NCBI GenBank assembly: GCA_965213685.1
Contig: CBDBZY010000012.1
Span: 64,001-128,000 of the forward strand
DNA length: 64,000 nt
Direction: 5' to 3'
Origin: a bacterium
Lineage (GTDB): Bacteria; UBA8248
The translations under genes and the position numbers were made by a program. The notes below the pieces were generated by a model. It worked only from the letters and a program-made list of their open reading frames with translations, made no database searches and was not told the DNA's origin. Every line of letters starts with the position of its first letter. The first letter of the stretch is position 1. Of the stretch, positions 50,205 through 59,545 are shown in pieces.

Positions 50205-50242
50205 GGGCGATCGGGAGTCCGCGCCGGATTTTCCGATCGCCC
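50205..50242. other. Intergenic hairpin after the binding-protein gene (mRNA stabiliser/attenuator)
   Basis: Imperfect inverted repeat GGGCGATCGGGAGTCC-gcgcc-GGATTTTCCGATCGCCC. Confidence 0.55.
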
Positions 50243-50265
50243 CGGCCGTCACACTTCAGGAAGCG

Positions 50266-51552
50266 CTACGCCGACCTCTCGCTGGCGGCCTCCTTGAGGC
50301 CTTTCGCCTCGCAGGAGACGGTGTTGCCCTCGCCGGTGGAGGATCCGATGACCTCGATGTGATCGAACTTGTTCTTCATCTCGGCCTTGGACTTGCCGCG
50401 CATGACGAACACCTCCGAGATGCAGACGTGGTCGCAGGGGCGAATCTGGCACTCTCCCTTGCTGTACTGGAACTTCTTGCCTTCCAGGACGCGGGCCAGC
50501 TTGAAGTGGTCGCGGCGCTTGTAGAGCTTCGTCTCCTTCGCCGTGTCGAGAATCAGGCGCGTGAGGTCGTGGGCGAGCATTCCGTAGCTCGAGCACGGAC
50601 GCTTGCGGCGCGCCAGAAACTTCTTGTTGAGCACGTCGGAGGCCGGGTATTTGCTGGCGAGGGAGGGATGCCACATCATCGCCGCGTTGAATCCGTCATA
50701 GGAGCCGGGGCCGACCGCCTCCGGTATGGTGATCTCGGTCGCGCCGATGACGATCTTCACCTTCTTGTCGAGACCGGCCTCGCGCGCCTGCTTGACGAAG
50801 GCGACCTGCCGCTGTCCCCAGTTCAGCACGTAGAGGACGTCGGGCTTTTCCTTGAGGATTTTCGGGAACGCCGCGGAGAAGTCCATCGAGGTCGGGAAGG
50901 GCACCCAGGAGATGGAGCGGTTCTCGTCCCAGGAGAGGTTGAAGTCCTTCGCCAGCTTCTTGAACGCGGGCACGAACATCTTGGGCCAGATGTAGTCATC
51001 GAAGAGGCAGTGAATCTTCTTGCCGATATTGTTTTTGGCGATGTAGGTGATCGAACTCGCCGCGAGCTGGTATGGCGTGGTGTTCGCCGTGAAGAACAGC
51101 GGCGACATCTTCTTCGCGTTCCCCGGCGTGGCGAGAATGTGCTGGGGATAGTTCGCGTAGATGATCTTGCGCTTGCGGGAGAACTCGTTGAGCCGGATTT
51201 CCTCGGGGCCCACCATGGAGCCGGCGATGAAATCGACCCGGTGGTTGTCGATGAGGTCGAGGGCGTGCGTGGTGGTCTGGTCCCACTTGAACTGGTCGTC
51301 GCGGAACAGCAGCTTGACCTCGCGCCCGTCCACGCCGCCCTCCTTGTTGACGTCCTCGATGGCGATGCGGACGCCCTCCACCTGGTCGAAGGCCTCGGTG
51401 GAGTAGGGGCCCGTCGTCGGGTGGATGGAGCCCCACTTGATCGGACGCGCGCCGAGACCCTCCTTCAGGAAGGGGGGTGCGGTCTGCGCGGCGACGATGC
51501 CGCCGATGAGTCCGGCGCCTTTCAGGAATTTTCTTCGGTCCAAACGGCTCAT
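50266..51552 (-). CDS. LivK-type substrate-binding protein with Tat signal
   Basis: MSRLDRRKFLKGAG twin-arginine motif; AIEDVNKEGGVDGR; periplasmic binding fold. Confidence 0.85.
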   Translation of the reverse strand: MSRLDRRKFLKGAGLIGGIVAAQTAPPFLKEGLGARPIKWGSIHPTTGPYSTEAFDQVEGVRIAIEDVNKEGGVDGREVKLLFRDDQFKWDQTTTHALDLIDNHRVDFIAGSMVGPEEIRLNEFSRKRKIIYANYPQHILATPGNAKKMSPLFFTANTTPYQLAASSITYIAKNNIGKKIHCLFDDYIWPKMFVPAFKKLAKDFNLSWDENRSISWVPFPTSMDFSAAFPKILKEKPDVLYVLNWGQRQVAFVKQAREAGLDKKVKIVIGATEITIPEAVGPGSYDGFNAAMMWHPSLASKYPASDVLNKKFLARRKRPCSSYGMLAHDLTRLILDTAKETKLYKRRDHFKLARVLEGKKFQYSKGECQIRPCDHVCISEVFVMRGKSKAEMKNKFDHIEVIGSSTGEGNTVSCEAKGLKEAASERSA

Positions 51553-51730
51553 GCGATGTTCCTCCCTGGTGGTGGCTGAATGGCATGAATACGGCCTTCG
51601 GGCTTCGCTGTTCAGGCTGAATGATGACGCAAAAAAGTTTCCTCTGGCTCTGCTCCAAAAGGGCGCGCGCAGGAAAGCGGGCGCCCGCCTCGCCGATTCC
51701 CGCCCGATTCTAAAAAGATGATCCCGAAAG

Positions 51731-51759
51731 AGCATAAAATTTCGCCAGCCCGATGTCAA
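51731..51759 (-). promoter_or_regulatory. Sigma70 promoter of the first liv-type operon
   Basis: TTGACA-17nt-TATGCT on the minus strand. Confidence 0.65.
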
Positions 51760-51950
51760 GGAGCGAAAACGAGGGAGCCGGAAGAGGATATTCCCCCGGA
51801 CCGGACGGCGCGCCGCGCGCGAGGGGGAGGGGCAGAGCCGGCGGCGGCCTTATCTTTTTGACACCGGAGAAGGGGTGTGTCTTGTATGACGTCGGCGTCA
51901 TGCGGCGGATGCGTTTCCCCGAAACCCCTGTCTCGTAGAGGAGTCATGCG

Positions 51951-52382
51951 ATGTTCCGGAAGATTCATCATGTGGGACTGATTACCGACGACATGGAGCG
52001 CACGGCGAAGATGTTTCAGGAGAAGCTGGGCTGTGCGCCGAACCGGGTGCAGGTGGCCGACACCGGCTGGGCACACGCCACGTTCCTGCGCCTGGGCGAC
52101 GTGGAAATCGAGATCATGCAGCCCTACGATCCGGACAACCACTATACGAAGATGCTCGAGCGCAACGGCGGGCCGTGCCTCTCGCACATCGCGCTCTCCA
52201 CGCCCGACACGGGCGCCGCCGGCCGCCGCTTCGTGGACGGCGGCGTCAAGTTCCTCGAGGGGTTCGGCCCGGGCACCTATACGCCCCGGGGGTATGAAAT
52301 CCTTTTCCTCGACCCCGAGGAGACCGAGGGCATCGTCATACAGATCGCCTCGGACGTCCCCGCCAGGGATATGGGATACTGA
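51951..52382 (+). CDS. VOC family, methylmalonyl-CoA epimerase-like
   Basis: KIHHVG, EIEIMQP, LSHIAL, FLDPEETEGIVIQ. Confidence 0.75.
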   Translation: MFRKIHHVGLITDDMERTAKMFQEKLGCAPNRVQVADTGWAHATFLRLGDVEIEIMQPYDPDNHYTKMLERNGGPCLSHIALSTPDTGAAGRRFVDGGVKFLEGFGPGTYTPRGYEILFLDPEETEGIVIQIASDVPARDMGY

Positions 52383-52445
52383 CGGGGGGTTTCCGGGAGC
52401 GGGAGGCGCGCGCGTCGGGAGGCGGGAGGGGAGGGAGGGAGCCCC

Positions 52446-53177
52446 TCACACGCCGAGGTAGTATTTCTTCACCAGTTCGTGGCCGACGAGTGCCTCGGTG
52501 TTCTCGCCCTCGAAGGCGATCTCGCCGTGGACGATGATGTAGCCCCTGTCGGCTATCTTGACCGCCTGGTTGAAGTTCTGCTCGGCCATGAGGACGGTGA
52601 GCTGGTATCGCTCCTTGAGCTCGCGGATCTTGGCGATCACCCGGCTCACGAGGATGGGCGCGAGGCCCACCGAGGGCTCGTCCACGAGGAGCACCCGGGG
52701 GGCGGACATGAGGGCGCGGGCCACGGCCAGCATCTGCTGCTCGCCCCCGCTCATGCTGCCGGCGAGCTGGGACTTGCGCTCCTCGAGTATCGGGAACGCC
52801 TCGAAGGCGAAGGCGAGGTTGCGGTCGATCTGGCGGCGGGCGACCTCACGGTAGGCCCCCAGGAGGAGGTTCTCCTCCACCGTGAGGCGGGGGAAGAGGC
52901 GCCGGCCTTCGGGCACGAGCGCGACGCCCAGGTTGACGACCTCCTCCGGGCGTCGGCCCGCCAGGTCGATGCGCTCGCCGTCGGCCTCGAGGTATATCTC
53001 GCCCGCATCGGGCCGGACCATGCCCATGATGCACTTGATCAGGGTGCTCTTGCCGTTGCCGTTGGTGCCGAGAAGCACGACGGTCTCGCCGTCGTTCACC
53101 TCGATGGAGACCCCGTGGAGCACGCGGACGGCGCCGTAGCCGGCCGAGACGTTGTCGACGACGATCCTATGCGCCAA
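52446..53177 (-). CDS. livF: Branched-chain amino acid-type ABC ATPase
   Basis: GTNGNGKS, PEGRRLF, MSGGEQQM, DEPSVGL. Confidence 0.9.
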   Translation of the reverse strand: MAHRIVVDNVSAGYGAVRVLHGVSIEVNDGETVVLLGTNGNGKSTLIKCIMGMVRPDAGEIYLEADGERIDLAGRRPEEVVNLGVALVPEGRRLFPRLTVEENLLLGAYREVARRQIDRNLAFAFEAFPILEERKSQLAGSMSGGEQQMLAVARALMSAPRVLLVDEPSVGLAPILVSRVIAKIRELKERYQLTVLMAEQNFNQAVKIADRGYIIVHGEIAFEGENTEALVGHELVKKYYLGV

Positions 53178-53895
53178 GGTAGGCCCTTTCCACGTCCTTG
53201 TTGTTGATGATCTCCTCGGGCACCCCTTCGGCGATCTTCTCGCCCGCGTCGAGGACGACGATGCGCTCGGAGAAGCTCATGACCGCCCGCATGATGTGCT
53301 CGATCATGATGATGGTGAGGCCCTCCCCGTTCAGGCGGACGAGGATGTCGAGAATGTCGTCCACCTCGGAGTTGGAGAGGCCGGCCATGGCCTCGTCCGA
53401 GATGAGCAGCCGCGGCTTGGCCGCCATGGCGCGGGCGAGTTCGAGCTTGCGCAGCTCGATCTGGGTCAGCCCCCCGGTTCGCACGTCGGCCTTGTCCGCC
53501 AGGCCCATCACCTGGAGGATGTCCATCGCCTCGCCGCGCAGGTTCTCCCCGTGCGCGTGCTGGTGGGCGGCGTATTCCAGCGGGATGCACAGGTTCTCGA
53601 TGATGCTCATGCTGACGAACGGCTTGGGGATCTGGAAGCTGCGGGAGATGCCCAGGCGGGTGCGCTTGTAGGCGGGGGTGGCGGTGATGTCCTGACCGCT
53701 GAACACGATGGCGCCCTCGTCGTTGGCGAGTGCCCCCGAGATGCAGTTGATCAGCGTGGTCTTGCCCGAGCCGTTCGGGCCGATGAGGCCGAAGCGCTCG
53801 TGCTCGTTGACGTGGAGGTCCACGCTGGAGAGCGCGCTGAAGCCGCCGAAGCGCTTGGTGACGCCCCGCACCTCCAGAAGTTTCTGGCCGGTCAT
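53167..53895 (-). CDS. livG: Branched-chain amino acid-type ABC ATPase
   Basis: GPNGSGKTT, SDEAMAGL, IEHIM, VERAYLG. Confidence 0.9.
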   Translation of the reverse strand: MTGQKLLEVRGVTKRFGGFSALSSVDLHVNEHERFGLIGPNGSGKTTLINCISGALANDEGAIVFSGQDITATPAYKRTRLGISRSFQIPKPFVSMSIIENLCIPLEYAAHQHAHGENLRGEAMDILQVMGLADKADVRTGGLTQIELRKLELARAMAAKPRLLISDEAMAGLSNSEVDDILDILVRLNGEGLTIIMIEHIMRAVMSFSERIVVLDAGEKIAEGVPEEIINNKDVERAYLGA

Positions 53896-54860
53896 GACGT
53901 CGCCCTCCCCGCGATTCTCTCGCGTATTTTGCCGAACAGTCCCACGAGGCCGTCCGGGGCGAACACCACGAAGGCCACGAGCAGGCTGCCCACGATGAGC
54001 AGGTTCATCTCCGCCGACAGGGTGACGGTGGCGATTTGCTGGGCCGTGCCGACGAGGACGGCGCCGATCAGCGGGCCGAGCCAGGTGGTGGTGCCGCCGA
54101 TCATGGGCATGGCCAGGCTGTTCACGGCGTAGTCCAGGTGGAAGGCCGAGGTGGGCTCGATGTAGACCACGAAATAGGAAAACGGCGCGCCCGCGATTCC
54201 CATGAGGGCGCCGCTCACCGTGGTGGCGAACAGCTTGATCCGGAGGATGGGCACCCCCATGCACTCGGCCGCATCCTCGTTGTCGCGGATGGCGGCCATC
54301 CCCCGCCCGACCCAGGAGTTCTCGATGAGCCAGGCGACCGACACGGCGACCACGGCGATAGCCGCCATGACGAAGAAGAGGAACTCGTCGTAGTTCGAGA
54401 ACAGCGGCACGCTCCTCGGCTTGAGGATGGCCGTGCCCGCGCCCCCGCCCACGTAGTCCCAGTTGGAGACGATCATCTGGAGCACGACGGCGAGCGCGAG
54501 GGTGGCGATGGAGAAGAATACGCCCTTGAGCCGCAGGGTGAGGTAGCCGATTCCCAGCCCCAGGAGGCCCGAGACGAGGCCGCCGGCGGCGAGCAGGGCG
54601 TAGAGGGGCGGCTTCCACGTCTTGATGAGCGCGACGGCGGTGTAGGCGCCCATGGCGAAAAACGCCGCCGTGCCGAAGTTCACGTAGCCGGTGTAGCCGC
54701 CCAGGATGTTCCAGGCGGTGGCGAGGACGACGTACTGCAAGACGACGTAGGCCGCCTTGTAGTAGAAGCGGTTCTCCATCTGGATGGTGAGGAGGAACGC
54801 CCCGAGAATGAGCGCCGCGGCCACGATGAGGAAAAGCCCCTTCCCGTTTCCGTTGTTCAA
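53892..54860 (-). CDS. livM: Branched-chain amino acid-type ABC permease
   Basis: WNILGGYTGYVNFG, AIRDNEDAA, PDGLVG. Confidence 0.88.
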   Translation of the reverse strand: MNNGNGKGLFLIVAAALILGAFLLTIQMENRFYYKAAYVVLQYVVLATAWNILGGYTGYVNFGTAAFFAMGAYTAVALIKTWKPPLYALLAAGGLVSGLLGLGIGYLTLRLKGVFFSIATLALAVVLQMIVSNWDYVGGGAGTAILKPRSVPLFSNYDEFLFFVMAAIAVVAVSVAWLIENSWVGRGMAAIRDNEDAAECMGVPILRIKLFATTVSGALMGIAGAPFSYFVVYIEPTSAFHLDYAVNSLAMPMIGGTTTWLGPLIGAVLVGTAQQIATVTLSAEMNLLIVGSLLVAFVVFAPDGLVGLFGKIRERIAGRATS

Positions 54861-54862
54861 GG

Positions 54863-55735
54863 CTATCTCCCGAACAGCCCGGACGGCCGGACCGCCAGGC
54901 AGATGAGCAGGATGCCGAACGACACGGCGAGTGCCCACGAGGGGCCGAAGAACGAGGAGGTGAAGCTCTCCGCTATCCCCAGGATGAGTGCGCCCACGAG
55001 GGTGCCCGTCATGCTCCCCAGACCGCCCAGGACGGTCACCGCGAACACCCGGCCGATGTACTCCCGTCCGATGGTCGGCTCCACCGGGCCGATGATGATG
55101 AGCAGCGAGCCGGCGATGACGGCGGTGGCGATGCCGATGCCGAAGGCGACCGTCTTGATCCGGATGGGGTCCACCCCCATGAGCTGGACGGCGAGGCTGT
55201 CCTGTGCCACGCCCATGATCGCGCGTCCGAAGAACGTTCTGGAGAGAAACAGATAGAGGACGGCGGTGAGTGTCCCGCCCAGGAGGAAGGGTACGAAAAG
55301 CCGGTAGGCGATCCCCACCGGACCGATGGACGTGGACTTGCCGATGTAGAACGCCTGGACGAGGCGGTAGTCCACCCCGAAGGTGATGATGAGGATGACC
55401 TCGATCAGGAAAAAGAGTCCAAAGAAGAACACCAGCCCGCGCAGGGACTCGGCCCCCGTCTTCTCGAAGCTGTTGTAGTAGATACGGTAGACCGCGACGC
55501 CCAGGAAGTAGGCGGGCGCCGCGAAGGCGAGGCCGGCGAGTACCGGGTCGACCCCGAAGTGCTCGTTGACGTAGAAGGTCAGGTAGGAGCCGAAGAGGAT
55601 GAACGCCGGGTGTGCGATGTTCACGACGTCGAGCAGGCCGAAGGAAAGGGAGAGGCCTGCGCTTATCGCGGCGTAGAAGCCGCCGAGCAGGATGCCCGCG
55701 ACGAGGGCGTTCAGGAAAAAATCAAAACTGAGCAT
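54863..55735 (-). CDS. livH: Branched-chain amino acid-type ABC permease
   Basis: GLSLSFG..VNIAH, LGGLGS, RPSGLFG. Confidence 0.88.
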   Translation of the reverse strand: MLSFDFFLNALVAGILLGGFYAAISAGLSLSFGLLDVVNIAHPAFILFGSYLTFYVNEHFGVDPVLAGLAFAAPAYFLGVAVYRIYYNSFEKTGAESLRGLVFFFGLFFLIEVILIITFGVDYRLVQAFYIGKSTSIGPVGIAYRLFVPFLLGGTLTAVLYLFLSRTFFGRAIMGVAQDSLAVQLMGVDPIRIKTVAFGIGIATAVIAGSLLIIIGPVEPTIGREYIGRVFAVTVLGGLGSMTGTLVGALILGIAESFTSSFFGPSWALAVSFGILLICLAVRPSGLFGR

Positions 55736-55761
55736 GGATGCTCCCGTGGAAATCGGGCGCG

Positions 55762-55800
55762 GGCCGGAGGGGGGGAGGGATGCCCCCCCTCCCCCCGGCC
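55762..55800. other. G/C-rich intergenic hairpin after the binding-protein gene
   Basis: GGCCGG + G-runs / C-runs + CCGGCC inverted repeat between the SBP and permease genes. Confidence 0.5.
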
Positions 55801-55821
55801 GCCAGAATCAGGCCCGGTCCG

Positions 55822-57084
55822 CTACTTGGCTTTCGCGTAAGGGTAGATCAGGTTGCCGGACTTGAACTCCTCCGGATACAGCACCACCATCTTGCCCGGC
55901 TTGGTGAACTCGCTCATCTCGTTGCTCTGGATGTTCTGGAGCTGCACCTGGAACGTCCGGGAGGCGGCCCACTCGCCATTCTTGCCGAACTTCACCTTGC
56001 CGACCACGGTGGAGTGGGTGTTCTTGCGAATGTAGTCGCCAATCTTCTTCTGGTCGAAGCCCTTGGTGGCCTCGATGGCCTGCTCGAGCACCTGCACGTA
56101 GGCGTAGGCGAACGGCGGCAGGTAGTAGCCCAGCGGGTCGAGCTTCTGGGCGGGTGCCTTTTTCTGGTATTTCGCCAGGAAGGCCTCGATTCCCGGGAAC
56201 TTCAGGGTTTTCTCGGGCGCCCAGAACCAGTAGTTCGTGATGCCGTTGAGCAGTTTGCCGAGGTTCATCTGAATCGCGGTGTACTGGAGGCCGACCATGC
56301 CGCCGCCGAAGAGCTTGGGCTGGAGGCCTATCTCGTGGGCGGCCTTGACGATTCCCACCGATCCGCCCGGGTAGGAGCCCACGTAGAACATGTCGGGGTT
56401 CGTGGCCTTGACGGCGCGGAGAATCGGCGTGAAGTCGGTCGTTCCCGGGAAGGGGTAGCGCTTGTCGTAGACGATCTTCAGGCCGTATTTCTTCGCGTTC
56501 CTCCGCGCGCCGGCCACGGCGTTGCGCGCGAACTCCGAATCCGCCGAGAGCAGCGCGATGGTCTTGGGCTGGGGCTTTTGCTTCGCGGCCAGCTCGAAGA
56601 AGCCGCGCGACCAGTCCACTATCGGGTCGGGGCCGGCCGGCATGATCTGGAAGTAGTTGTCGTATTGGAATTTCGCGTTCGCGTCGAGACCGAACAGGCC
56701 CATGAACGTCATGCCCCGCTCCATCACGATCGGCAGGGCGGGGACGATGAGGTTCGTCCCGTAGCCCGAGACGACGAAGTCCACCTTGTCCACGTCGAGC
56801 AGCTTGGCGTAGATGCCCGGAACGTTGGCCGGCTTGGTCTGGTCGTCGTAGTAGACCAGCTTGACCTGGCGCCCCAGCAGCCCGCCCCTGGCGTTCACGT
56901 CGTCGCGCCAGATCTGGATGGCCAGCAGCGCCGCCTTGCCGGCGGGGCCGAGCGGTCCGGTGAGCGCCATGCTGAAGCCGATCTTGACCTCTTTCTGGGC
57001 CGCCCGCGCCGCGGGGGCGAGGGCGACGGCGACTGCGGCGAACAGCAAGAACCCGAAGATGACGTGCCTGATTATCCTGCGCAT
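55822..57084 (-). CDS. LivK-type substrate-binding protein
   Basis: Signal peptide ..AARA; KIGFSMALTG, VNARGGLLGR, YYDDQ, SGYGT. Confidence 0.88.
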   Translation of the reverse strand: MRRIIRHVIFGFLLFAAVAVALAPAARAAQKEVKIGFSMALTGPLGPAGKAALLAIQIWRDDVNARGGLLGRQVKLVYYDDQTKPANVPGIYAKLLDVDKVDFVVSGYGTNLIVPALPIVMERGMTFMGLFGLDANAKFQYDNYFQIMPAGPDPIVDWSRGFFELAAKQKPQPKTIALLSADSEFARNAVAGARRNAKKYGLKIVYDKRYPFPGTTDFTPILRAVKATNPDMFYVGSYPGGSVGIVKAAHEIGLQPKLFGGGMVGLQYTAIQMNLGKLLNGITNYWFWAPEKTLKFPGIEAFLAKYQKKAPAQKLDPLGYYLPPFAYAYVQVLEQAIEATKGFDQKKIGDYIRKNTHSTVVGKVKFGKNGEWAASRTFQVQLQNIQSNEMSEFTKPGKMVVLYPEEFKSGNLIYPYAKAK

Positions 57085-57345
57085 TTTTTTTCTCCCTCTC
57101 GGTTTCACCTGCCGGATTTCCGAGTTTCGAGATGCCACGTCCTGCCCGCGTGGCGACAACAAACCCGCATATTCATCTGACTCAAAGAGAAGCCAGCCTA
57201 CCAGAAAACGGCGCGTTTCACAAATAGGCACGTTTTACAAACACAAACAGCGCGGGCGGGAGCGACGGCGGATCGCGCGCGACCAAGTCCGCGTCCGATC
57301 CCGTCCGGGAATCCCTGCGCGCCGCTTCCCCCGGCTTCCCCCGCC

Positions 57346-58623
57346 TCACGCCCGCGCCTTCGCATCGGCGAGGCGCCAGACGGCGGAGGCGAGGACTTCC
57401 GCGCCCCGCACCATGTCCTCAAAGTGGGTGAACTCCTCCGGCGTGTGCGAGAGCCCCCCCACCGAGGGGATGAACACCATGCCCATCGGACATATCGCCG
57501 CCATGCGGCAGGCGTCGTGCACCCCGCCGCTGGACAGGGCGAGGGCCGCGTGTCCCGTCTCCTCCGAGGCGCGGCGGAGCGCTTCTTGAATCCGGGCGGA
57601 GGCGGGGCATACGTCCAGCGTCCGGACGTCGGCGAGGCGTCCGCGCACGCCCCGCTCCTCCTCGATGTCGGCGAGCGCTTCTCTCATGCGCCCGAGGGCG
57701 CGCGTCATCGCCGCCCCGCTCCTGCTCCTGAGGTCGAAGGAGAGCCTGGCGCCTCCGGGCACGATGGACACCCACCCGGGGATGGCGGCCATCTCGCCGA
57801 AGGTGATCGTCAGCCGCTGGGAGTCGGGCGCGCGCCTCGCCATGCGCTCCATCCGCACCATGAAGTCGGCCGCCGCCATGCCGGCGTCTTTGCGGTAGGG
57901 CATGGGCTGTCCGCCGGAGTGTGCCGCGACGCCCTCGAAGCGCACCTCGCCCCGCGTGTATCCCACCACCCTGTCCACGATGCCGATGGGCGTCTTGCGG
58001 GATTCGAGAACCGGGCCCTGCTCGATGTGCAGCTCCACGAACGCCTTGAGCGCACCCTCCGGAATGCGGCAGGAGCGCACGCGCGCTGGGTTTCCGCCCG
58101 CTTGCTCGATGGCCTCGTAGAGGGATTTCCCCGTGGGCGGATGAAGCGTTTTCCGCAAATCCCGCACGCCCAAGACGCCCGTGGCGGCGCTGCTGCCGAA
58201 GACCGTCATCCCGCAGGCGGATTCCTCCCCCACGAAGGCCGCCACCTCGACGGGGTGGTCGTGGGCGAGTCCCGCCTCGCCGATGCGCCGAACCGCCTCG
58301 AGGGCGGTGAGAACGCCCGCCGCGCCGTCGAATCGTCCGCCCGGACTCTGGGAGTCGAGGTGCGAGCCGACCATCACGGCGGGCAGCCCCCGCGAGCGGC
58401 CCTCCTTTCGGCCATAGAGGTTGCCCACGGCGTCGACGCGCGTTTTCAGTCCCGCCGCCTTCATCCACCCCTCGACGAGGTCGCGCACCTCGTTGTAGGC
58501 CGGCGTGAACGCCACGCGGTCGAGCCCCGTCCTTCCGTATTGGCCGATTCGCGCCTGGGCGCGGAACTCGCGCCGCATGCGGGCGCGCCTCACGCGCAGG
58601 GGCAACGCGCTCCGGGAGGGCAT
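57346..58623 (-). CDS. Zn-dependent N-carbamoyl-amino-acid / allantoate amidohydrolase family (M20)
   Basis: DAVGN, GSHLDS..GGRFDGAAGV, GEES, ELHIEQGPVLE, AAHSG, SGGVHDA, GLSHTPEE. Confidence 0.88.
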   Translation of the reverse strand: MPSRSALPLRVRRARMRREFRAQARIGQYGRTGLDRVAFTPAYNEVRDLVEGWMKAAGLKTRVDAVGNLYGRKEGRSRGLPAVMVGSHLDSQSPGGRFDGAAGVLTALEAVRRIGEAGLAHDHPVEVAAFVGEESACGMTVFGSSAATGVLGVRDLRKTLHPPTGKSLYEAIEQAGGNPARVRSCRIPEGALKAFVELHIEQGPVLESRKTPIGIVDRVVGYTRGEVRFEGVAAHSGGQPMPYRKDAGMAAADFMVRMERMARRAPDSQRLTITFGEMAAIPGWVSIVPGGARLSFDLRSRSGAAMTRALGRMREALADIEEERGVRGRLADVRTLDVCPASARIQEALRRASEETGHAALALSSGGVHDACRMAAICPMGMVFIPSVGGLSHTPEEFTHFEDMVRGAEVLASAVWRLADAKARA

Positions 58624-58625
58624 GG

Positions 58626-59378
58626 CTAGAAGAGGTCCTTCGGCACGGGCACTTCCGCGTAGTCCTCGGGCCGCAGGGGATTGTCCGGCGAAATCTCCAG
58701 CATGCCGAAATAGTGATAGGTTTGCCGCAAGTGCTGGAAGGCGTGCCCCAGGGCGAGGAGCATCAGCTCGTGCACGGTGATGGGGCCCATGTAGCTCGAC
58801 ACCTTGCGGGAGAGCGCGCCGCGGCCTTCGGCGAGAAAACCCGTGAGCCTGGCCTGTATCTCGTCGCCATAGGCGCAAATGTCCTCCGGGGTGCGGTAGT
58901 CGTTGGCCGTCGTTTCATACTGCCGCACCATCTGCTCGGTGTACTCTCCCGACTCGTGGGCCCGCATCACCAGCGCCGGGCGTTCGAAACTGTGCCAGGT
59001 GAGCTGGCGCAGCGTGCGGGGCCTGCCGGGGGAGACCCAGTCGAGCGTCTCCTGCGGAATCTGGCGAACCGCGCGGCGCAGGGCGTCAAACGCCATCTCG
59101 AAGTAGCGCCGCATCTGCTCTGCGGACAGCGGCCCAGCACCCCCCTCCGCAATGTCGAACGCGCGGCGCAGCGCGTCCACGTCATAGCCCACGACGACGT
59201 CCCCGCCCCGCACGGAGACGGGCAGGGATTTGAGGCCCAGCGCCTGGAGCTCCGCCCGGGCGCCGGCGTCGTTCGTGCAGTCCCTGTTGATGACCTCCAG
59301 GCCGTTCGACGAGAGAAACTCTCTCGTGAGGGCGCAGGTGTATCAGCCGTGCCGCGTATAGACTTTGACAGCTTCCAT
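58626..59378 (-). CDS. Glutaredoxin-like (UxxC) domain fused to DinB domain; probable selenoprotein, Sec at TGA 59345-59343
   Basis: MEAVKVYTRHG-TGA-YTCALTREFLSSNG..LGLKSLPVSVRGGDVVVGYD runs in frame into a DinB-like region (LTWH ... HAFQH). GGAG RBS before ATG 59378. Confidence 0.82.
59309..59327 (-). promoter_or_regulatory. Putative bacterial SECIS hairpin
   Basis: Perfect 8-bp stem ACGAGAGA-GUU-UCUCUCGU; the loop starts 23 nt after UGA. Confidence 0.7.
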
Positions 59379-59545
59379 GGCTTCTCTCCCCGGTGAAGGA
59401 CGGTGGTTGGGCGCATCATATCAAAGCGCCGGGTGCGGGGGAAACGGCGGGAGGCTATGGCAAACGGGGTGCGCGTGTTTTACTATCGCAGGCTGTCCGG
59501 CAATGGCGGCGCGCTCCGGCCCATTTCGCATAGCGAGGATTCTGG

